From an uncultured Clostridia bacterium (GTDB taxonomy: Bacteria > Bacillota > Clostridia > Christensenellales > UBA1242), in assembly GCA_934746515.1 (NCBI GenBank), contig CAKVFH010000002.1, positions 1,576-65,575 on the forward strand: 64,000 nt of DNA, written 5' to 3'. The translations under genes were made by a program, and so were the position numbers. Below the pieces are notes generated by a model that saw nothing but the letters and a program-made list of their open reading frames with translations, was not told the DNA's origin and did not search any database. This document shows positions 46,445 to 55,400 of the stretch, piece by piece (within the stretch, counting starts at the first letter, position 1; every line of letters begins with the position of its first letter).

Positions 46445-49400
46445 TTATTCAAAATTCTTTTGGAAATCTTGTTTGAATTTTTGCATCTGCTCTTTATCTT
46501 TCTTCTTTGCTTCTTGCTTCTTTTTATCTGCTTCAGCAACTGCCGCACCTGCAGCTTTTGCTGTTACTGGGTCGATACCGGCTCCTTGAAGTGCCACTTC
46601 AATTGCTTTTTGTTCAGCTTGAATTTTGATATTTTTTACTTTATCAACCATAGGATCAACAAATTTTTCTTTTGCTGCCTTTCCAACTTCATAACCCGGA
46701 ATCATGCTCAAAGCAGTTTCTTTGGCTTCTTGCATCAAACCAAGCATAGCTTTTCCGCTGACAACAGAACCAATTTGAGCCGCTGTTTTTTCAACACTAC
46801 TCTTAACCTCTTTTGCTTTATCCAAGAACTTTCTGCTTCCTTCGCCAAGACCTGGGTCTGGAGATGAAAGGTTTCCATGGTTTGCCGTGATGATTGGTAA
46901 AATCAACTTTGGCATTCTTTCAAGAATTGAAACAGCAGTTATTACCCACAAACACCTTACAAGATTGTTGATTGTTGGATAGCTGAAGAATCCGCCAATT
47001 CCGCCAATTGAAACAATTTTGTTAAATGTTTCGACAGATACGAAAGTTTTAACACTATATATCATTGGAACAATAATCGTAAACGATGAAAATCCTATGA
47101 TATATCCAAACACACCCAGAAGCACACTTTCGATGTTTTTCTTCCAGTTTGTGTATGTTTTATTTTTTCCGTCAGGATACAACGAATTGGTAGATATAAC
47201 AAGTGGACTGGCGATAAACAAGACAATAAGATCAAATATTCTCGTCACAACACCACCCAAAGCATTTATCATAACAGGAATAATTGTGACGAATGCTAAC
47301 ATCAATAGAACCCATGTCTGTCCGCCAAACAAATAAAAGTATGAGAAATCATCAAGCACGTCAATTGCACCGAACTCATCTGATTGAAGCATTAAATATT
47401 CAACTTTCGATTGCACAAAATTTGTGTTTACATCTGACTTAACAATGGTTTTTAAATTTGTTTTGCCAGTGTAAGTTGTGGCAGAACCAATACCCTTTGT
47501 ATAAGATGTTCCGCTGACATATTTTGTGTAATTTTTAGTTGTAATCCTGCTAACAGCCTTTGAAGCATCAATAAGGTCTTCACCTGAACCAAAGTTTCCG
47601 CCAACATTTGTTCTGTAATATGTAACAGCATTGTATGTTTCAGATGAGCTTCCAATCAATCTCTTTTGTTCAATAACCAAAGGATTGTTATATTTTCTAA
47701 TTGCCGTTGGATAGCCATCGGCAGTTATAACACCTTTCATAACAACAACATAACCACCAGTATCGTAATAATCGGTTACAAAAGGTTTGCTATCATAAAT
47801 TTTTTCTAAATATTCATCATATTTGTCTGATGAATATCTGTATGAGCCTGAACCTATCAAAGGATAATATAACCCATTTTTATAGGTGCAGACTATGAAC
47901 GAGTCACCATACGCTTCATCGTAATAATCACCCGTTCTAGTTCCTGAATATTGTCTCGTTAGCACTTCTCTAGTTGGTCTGTTTTCAAGCCCAGACAGTT
48001 TTTTAACAACTTCCAAAGTGTTGTCTGACAATGTAAATACTGCTTTCAAATCACCAGTTCCAGCATAATTTTCAACCTGCGACTTATCACCATTATTTGA
48101 ATTGTAAATCTTCACAATTTCCTGATAAGTAAGTGAATTATCTGCATTTCTTGTGATGTTTGCTTTTGGAATAATTCTTCCAACTTCTTTTCCATCTGAA
48201 GAAAAGTCAATTTGAAGCCCTATAAGATTGAAAAGTGCCATATATCTAGCAGATCTTTCTTCTGGTGTTTCTGAAGTGTTTTGTTCATTATCAATAAGTT
48301 TTTGAAGAACAATTCGTTTGAAGTCTTCATAGGTTATGTCTTCAAGTTCTTCTGCATCGACTTCGTTTGAGAATAAGTAAAGTGCCACAGCAACAAACTT
48401 GTCATGGACATTGTCTTTTCCGTCAATCAAGCGATTAACAATATTCGAGTCGATTTGTGATGCCATTATTGAATATAGCATCTCTTCTATGCTTGAAGCA
48501 GTTATTGTTGCACCAGTCGAGTCAATAAAACTGCAAGAAATAGCATCAGAAATCTTTACAGCATTAACCTTTCCTGTGTCAAGATCACCAAGATTTGTCA
48601 TGAAATAAATTTCAGCTGTTTCATCAGCAATCTTTGAAAGGAATCTGCGAAGTTCTGGCCAAGTGTCTAGGTTTGTCTTTAAAACCTTGTCAACATTGTC
48701 ATAAACTTTTGATGCTTTCACAATGCCTTCAAATTCGGCTGTTGTGTATTGAGCACCAACACCAACTTTTTCAAGGAATGCTCCACCATAAACATATTCT
48801 GCAAGTCTTGATGGATCTGTGTTACTTTTGAAAGTGTAATTTTTGTTTCTAACACTAAAACTATAGCCACTTGAAACATAGTTTGCACCAAATTGCGCCA
48901 AGGTGAAAGTGATGCTTCTCTTGTACATTTGGTCAATTCTTCTTTGTGCAGTGATATATTGGTTAATATTATATTTCAAATCTTGGAATGCAGATAAAAT
49001 TGCATCAAGCTGTGTATCTGAATAATAATGAGAAGTATCACCAATTTGTCTGTCACAACCATTGTCGGTAGTTTCACCTGGAAGAGTAAACCTGATTGCC
49101 TGAAGCTCGCCAATTATTGAATCAAGTCTTTCACTAAATTCAAGAATTTTTGCCCATGATGTTTCAGTGCTTAAGTCTGCAGGAAGAAGCTTGTCTATAA
49201 CATCTTTCAAAATATCAACGATTTGGAAAGATGAATCTTCAGAGAAAGACATTCTGAAATATATTGATACACTATTATCTTTAATGAAATCCAAGTCCGC
49301 TGTAAGTGATGCATTATTATCAAACAAATCATAAGCATTTACAATTGGAAGAATACCATTATCTCTAATAGAATCACCTATACTATCTTTAAAAGTATTT

Positions 49401-52400
49401 ATTTTATCTAAAATCTCAAGAAGAGATTTTAACTTCCCAACGATACCTTCGTTATTATTATCACTGAGAGCAATTCCTGGAAGATATAATCTAACAGTTG
49501 TTGCAAATGACAAGCCTTTGTAAAGAACTAATTTTGCTTTATCCATACCTGCAGTTTCATAGTATTGATCTGCGGTGTCAATATTCTCACCCTTTAAAAT
49601 ATTCCATCTTGAAATATTTCCGTCAATATAACTTTTATATTGGCTCAAATAAATTGGTTCACCTCTTCTGCCGAGTTCATATTTAATCTCCCAATAAACA
49701 TGAATCATGTAACAGAAAATATACTCTTTGCCTGCATAAGATTCAACTTCTTGTGATTCAGAATCTATAACCTTTCCACTTTCAGAAATTGTGTAGCCAT
49801 TATTATAAATATCTTTATAGTCATTATCCATTGCTTCAATAACTTCTTTTAAAGTCAATGTATAATATAAACTACTTGAAACCACAGTGTCATAATTATA
49901 TCCAAGCTTATCGCCTGCAGTGGTTTTATCTTTATATTTGCTGTAAGCCTTTTTAAAATTAAATGTAAAAGTTGGCTGATTATTTCCGCAATATTCGTTC
50001 TCATATCGAACAAGCTGTTCAAATGTTGCATATTCAAACGAATCAATTGTGTTACCTTCTTCATCTTTAAGGTTGTTTACATAGCTATAGTATGAAGCAT
50101 AGTCACCAACCGCGCTTGCAAGATATTCACCAATTGTGTATTCTGAATAAACTCTTGTTGCAACGGTGTAAAGATACTCGCCGATATCAGATCCCAACAA
50201 TAGTGTTGCGAGATATGATTTGTATGCGCAAAGTCTTAAACTGTTAGAACCAATGTCTTCACCAAATTCTGTTGCAAAGTCATCAATAATTGGTGCAAAG
50301 CATGAATTGAAATAATCCATGAATACTTCAGCTTCAAAAACCAAAGCATTGTAACATTCTTCACCCATGAGCGATAACATCAAAGCTCTGATTGTGTTTT
50401 TATCAAACACTGAACTATATTCATAGTTTGCATAAGAGTCTGAAACTTCAGTTGCAACTGACATAAAGAATTCTGAGAGAACCAAGCCAGCGGCTGTTGT
50501 ATTTGAAGAATTTTGTCCTGAAATATACAAGCCGTTTGTGTAAGCTGATGTAAATTCACCAAGTGTATCAAGCCAGCCATCTGTTGCGAGAAGCACTCCC
50601 CAGTTGAGATCTGGATAGTAAATTTGCATATCATTCATGAGTTTTTCAACCCAAGAAACAGTTTTTATAAGTGTTTTTACTGAATATTTACCAAATCTTG
50701 AAACATTGATTCTAAAGTTTGCATCAGCGACATTTGTGTCAATATATTTAAAATAAATAACATCACCAATTTGATAAGAAATGTTGTTTTTATCTCTAGT
50801 CACTTGCATAGATCCAACATAAGTTGGATTTAGTGATAAATCTAATGTCTCATAAAGCGCTCTAAAATCGTATTTATTGATGTTTGCATCACTTGCTGTA
50901 ACAAGCCCATTCAATGTTTTTGTTGGATCAACAGTGTCAGCCAAAGTCGTTTTGAGATCTTCATATTTGGTGGCATTCATTTTAGTAGTCTTTCCAACAT
51001 AAACATCGCCATTCTTCTCAACTATGCCAGAAATATTATAAAAATTATAGTTGATATACAAATAAATTTTATCACCATCAATATAGATGTCGTTAATATA
51101 GTAGTCATCCGTCATCAACTCTTCAAAAGACATACCTTTAAACTTGTTGTGTCTGATTCCTTCTCTTGAATATTCATAAACCATGATATAGTCTAGAACT
51201 GTCCAATTTGAAATATCTTTTAGTTTGAAGTCTTCAGATGAAAATCTCAAGTTTAGAGTACCACGCTCAAGAGATGATTCACCGGTTTTTATAGCTTCGC
51301 TAACAGTTTGTGGAACATTCATAAGACCAGAATCTTTCAAAATTTCTGAATTAAGGTTAAAGTAGAAATAGTTGTCAAATTCAAGGTCTGGGAACACTTG
51401 ACTATATTCAAGTTTCATAACAAGTGTGTTTGCAGGAGCTCCCGGATTGGTTGTACTTATTGCAATATCAAGTTCATTGACTTTTGTTGTTGTCAAATAA
51501 CCCTTTAAAAACTTGTCATAGAACTCAAAGAACTTGTTATAATTGAAATAAGAACCAGTTTTGCCAGTATCAATTGCGCTAAAATCAATAACCTTTTGTA
51601 TTGTTGTGCTTCCAGAAGTTTCATCTTCTTTATATAAATAATAAGTTCTAGCTGGCACACCACCGGCATTTGCAAAAGTTTGGAAATTTGTAGCTGTAAA
51701 TGTTGTTTTTAAAACATCAGTTCCGCTAATAAGAGAAGCTTTGTCTATCCAAGACCTAGTTTTAATCTCTTCAATCTTCTCACTCATTGTCTCATTTGTT
51801 AAAATTTCATCAATTTCAAGCGACTCAATCTGCATTTTCATAAAATTTAAAGCCACTTCATCTGAAATACAAATTACCTTATTTGTTTCTACTAAACCAG
51901 TTGTGTCAATCATTTCCAAATAATAATTTTTGGTTGCTTCTGAACCAGCAGTCGGATAGATGACATTAAATTTATAAGAACTTTTTGCAGAAGTTAAATA
52001 TTTATATTGAGTTACGCCATCAACAGTTTCCGTTCCATAAAATTTACTAAGAATAACATCCATATATGTTAATCCATAGTAGTTATCGCCTTCTTTTGAA
52101 AATTTTGGAACATATACAAATGGGAACGAAATTTTAAACTCACTATTACCAAAGTAGCCATTTGAGAATGCGTAATAAATAATATAGTCTGAAACTTTCC
52201 ATGTTGTGTAATCACTAACATCAAAAGCATCCGAGAAATCAACTTTCTGGAGTGCTCCACTTGTTGCTTTCCTTAAATTTTCATTTTCAAAAGTATCAAT
52301 ACCATCCGATATGGTTACATTTCCAATCAATTTACGTTGAACAGCACATGGTTTTATGGTTGTCAAGGCATACATAAGTTTAATAACACTTGTATCGACG

Positions 52401-55400
52401 ATTTCACCTTTGTTGTTAGAAACGCCTTTAAATACATTTTTAAAATCGCCTGAAACTGGAATCATAACATAAGTTTCATTGAATTTTACATAGTATCTTC
52501 CCTGGTAAACATAAACAACACTTGCAATATATGAACCAAGGGTTGTGCCGGTTGTGTATGAAACAACAAAATCAATTATGTTCCAACTTCCAGACTGCGA
52601 AATTGGCAATGTTTTTTTCTCAAATATTGACGCCCTATTTAAATCTGTGATTTGGTCGACATCATAAATTGGATTGCCATCAACATAATGCGGAGTTTCA
52701 GCAACTTTTAAATACCAAAGCGTGTTAGATGCAACATTTGCATCTGGCAACCCAAACACGCCATAGTTCTTATTTTCTGAACTACTATACATGTTGTAGA
52801 TAATGTAGCCTTTACCACTATCATCTTTAATCTTAGTTAGTTCATAAACTCCCATGCAACTATAGCCTTTTGAAGCAATAATTGAAGATAGTGGAGAGCC
52901 CGAAACTATGCTTATAGCAGCTGTATATGTGAATAGTTGTTTTTCAAAAAGATTAAAATCACTAGGAATAATATAGGTTTCATCCACACCTTCAAAAACA
53001 TAATAGCTTGAGCCATCTGCATAATATTGATAAACATATTGATTGTTACGATTTGGGTCAATATATGCGCTAAATAAACCCATGAGTGTCCAATTTCTAT
53101 AAGTATTAGATAAGTCAGCAAGTTGTTCTACATAACTTGTTACATCAGTCTTAAAAGTTGAAAATGAACCGGTAGCGCTAATGTCAAGAGAACTATTGCT
53201 AAAATATTTTGGAGTGTTAAACTTATCAACAGTGGCATCCAAAACATTAAGGTTAAACAGTCTCCACATCATTTTTTCATATTCAGCATTAGCGAGTGTT
53301 GCGCCTGTAACATTTCCACTTGTATAAATTAACGAGACATTTACAAGACCATCCAAAATGATATACTTGTTACTTTCTTCATCATAAAGATAAAATTTTC
53401 CATTTCTATCTTCCAACAACTTACAATCGGAAATATCAGCAACTCCGAGTTGTTTTAAAATAATTTCAATTCCAGTCCAAGATGAATATGCTTCAAAATC
53501 CATATCACTAGGAGCATTTATTGCGATTGAAGAATACTCATTTTTAACACTTGGCATAGAATCTCTAACGAATGTGTCTTTATAGTAAAGATTATAAAGC
53601 AAATCAACATATTCTTCTTTTGAGAACTGACCTGTTGAAACAGAATTTGCCGCAAGTGTCTCATCATAAAACAAAATTGTATCGTTAATCTTAATATATT
53701 TTGTATTATCACCTTTAAACTTATAGATTGTATAGGTTTGTGATTGTGATGAGTTAAGAATTGAATAAAGAAGTGCATCAAATTGATTTACCGTTCCACC
53801 AAATGAAGAATACTCGCCATCTTTAGCAAATATAGAAGCTTGTTTTGAAATTAGTGAATTGGTTTCAAAATAAATCAAAGCGCTAGTTCTTGAAGAAATA
53901 CCAAGGTATAATCCGTCTTTCAATTTAATATAAGTTTCACCATTTTGGCTGTATGCGTCAAACAAATAATATCCATCACTTGTCATTGGCACATTGTTTT
54001 TAACCAAAACCATGTCAAGATCTGAATAGATTGTGTTTATAGAAAAATTCGCATTTCCACTACCCTTCAAATTTGTTGAATAATAGTAAAACTTACCAAG
54101 CGATGTTTCATCAGTAAGTGAATCTGCTGTGCTATTTGCGAAGTTGTTGTTATAGTAAATATTAAAATTGTTAAGCGTTGAAAAACTTCTTGAATTCTTG
54201 GCAAAAAGTCGATTTGTTAAAAGCTTTCCGCTATCAGTTAAACATTGTTTTAACCCTACACTAGAAATATCAACAAAATAGTCACCCACTTCCATATAGA
54301 TATTTGTGCTATTGAAAAGGCGTGTTTTATATGGATTTTCTGTTGTTGGAAGAGTTCCAGTAAGCTCAAAAATAATAAGGTCAAGATATCTCCATGTCGA
54401 CAAATCATTTGCGTTGATTTCAGGGTTTGAGTAGGTGTAATCAAGCATTGTTATGTCATTTTTAACTGCTTCTTTCTTGAGAATTTCACGAGCCAAAGCA
54501 TATTGAATGCTCTTTATGTTTGTATAATCTCCATTCATGCTATAAATGTAAGCATCCGGATTAGAAACAACACCGCCCGCAAAATCATTTTCATTAAACT
54601 CAATGTCTGAAGGGTCAAGTCCATACATTTGAACCAAAATATATGACATTAAATTTGTATTAAACCATTTTTCAACAGTATACCCCAACTCCGAAATTTG
54701 TGATTCATCAAGATAAAATGCATTGCCGTCTCCAAATCTTCCGAAGCGATAATATCTTTTGCCGTCAACTTCGTAAATAACTGAAGAATAGCCTTGCAAT
54801 TCAATCATGCCAATGTCTATGTTGATAATTCCATTGCTTGTGAGATAAATCATCAAATAATCGCCAATAGTCCAAGTTCTTGCATTGTAAGCATCAAAAG
54901 TTTCAGACAAATAGAAAACCTTTGTTGAAACAGCACTATTTATCAGCCTGTCTGTGTCAAGATTTTCCGTGTAGTTTGAAACAAGATCAACACCTGAAAG
55001 ACCAAGATTCATATTATCAAACAAATCTGGTGAAATGGTTGAAGTGATTTTAAGTTCAGATGTTTTGCTAAACTCTTCAAGGTCAAGATAATATGTTGTT
55101 GTCCCAACCTTGATAGACATGTAGTATTTTCCACCACTTGAAACTCCAATATCACCCGAAAGCCCAAACACACGAAGCGAATCTGTGGTTATTGTGTTTC
55201 CTGTTGTTCCAGAAATTTTAGTGATATAAAGATACATCAAAGCATAGTCTCTAAATGTCCATGTGTCGCTGTTATAAAAAGAAAAATCTTCAGATAACTT
55301 TGTATTCATTTTTGAATATTTCTGATAGTATGCATTTGTTTCTTTAATTTGGGTAAATGCAGCAGGTTCCGCAGTTGTAAACAAACTTCCAAGATTTCCA

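Noticed and set aside
46640-46792. A GLMQ tetrapeptide with an upstream Glu (VEKTAAQIGSVVSGKAMLGLMQEAKETA..FVDP) in the C-terminal tail of the giant protein. It resembles the lytic-transglycosylase (SLT) signature ES..GLMQ, which would have supplied the missing VirB1-like hydrolase.
   Set aside because: The catalytic E-S pair reads E-K. The segment is short and A/K-rich low complexity. The paralogue has GIGVQQ at the equivalent place. The tail may also be cytoplasmic. This is too weak to call without a profile search.
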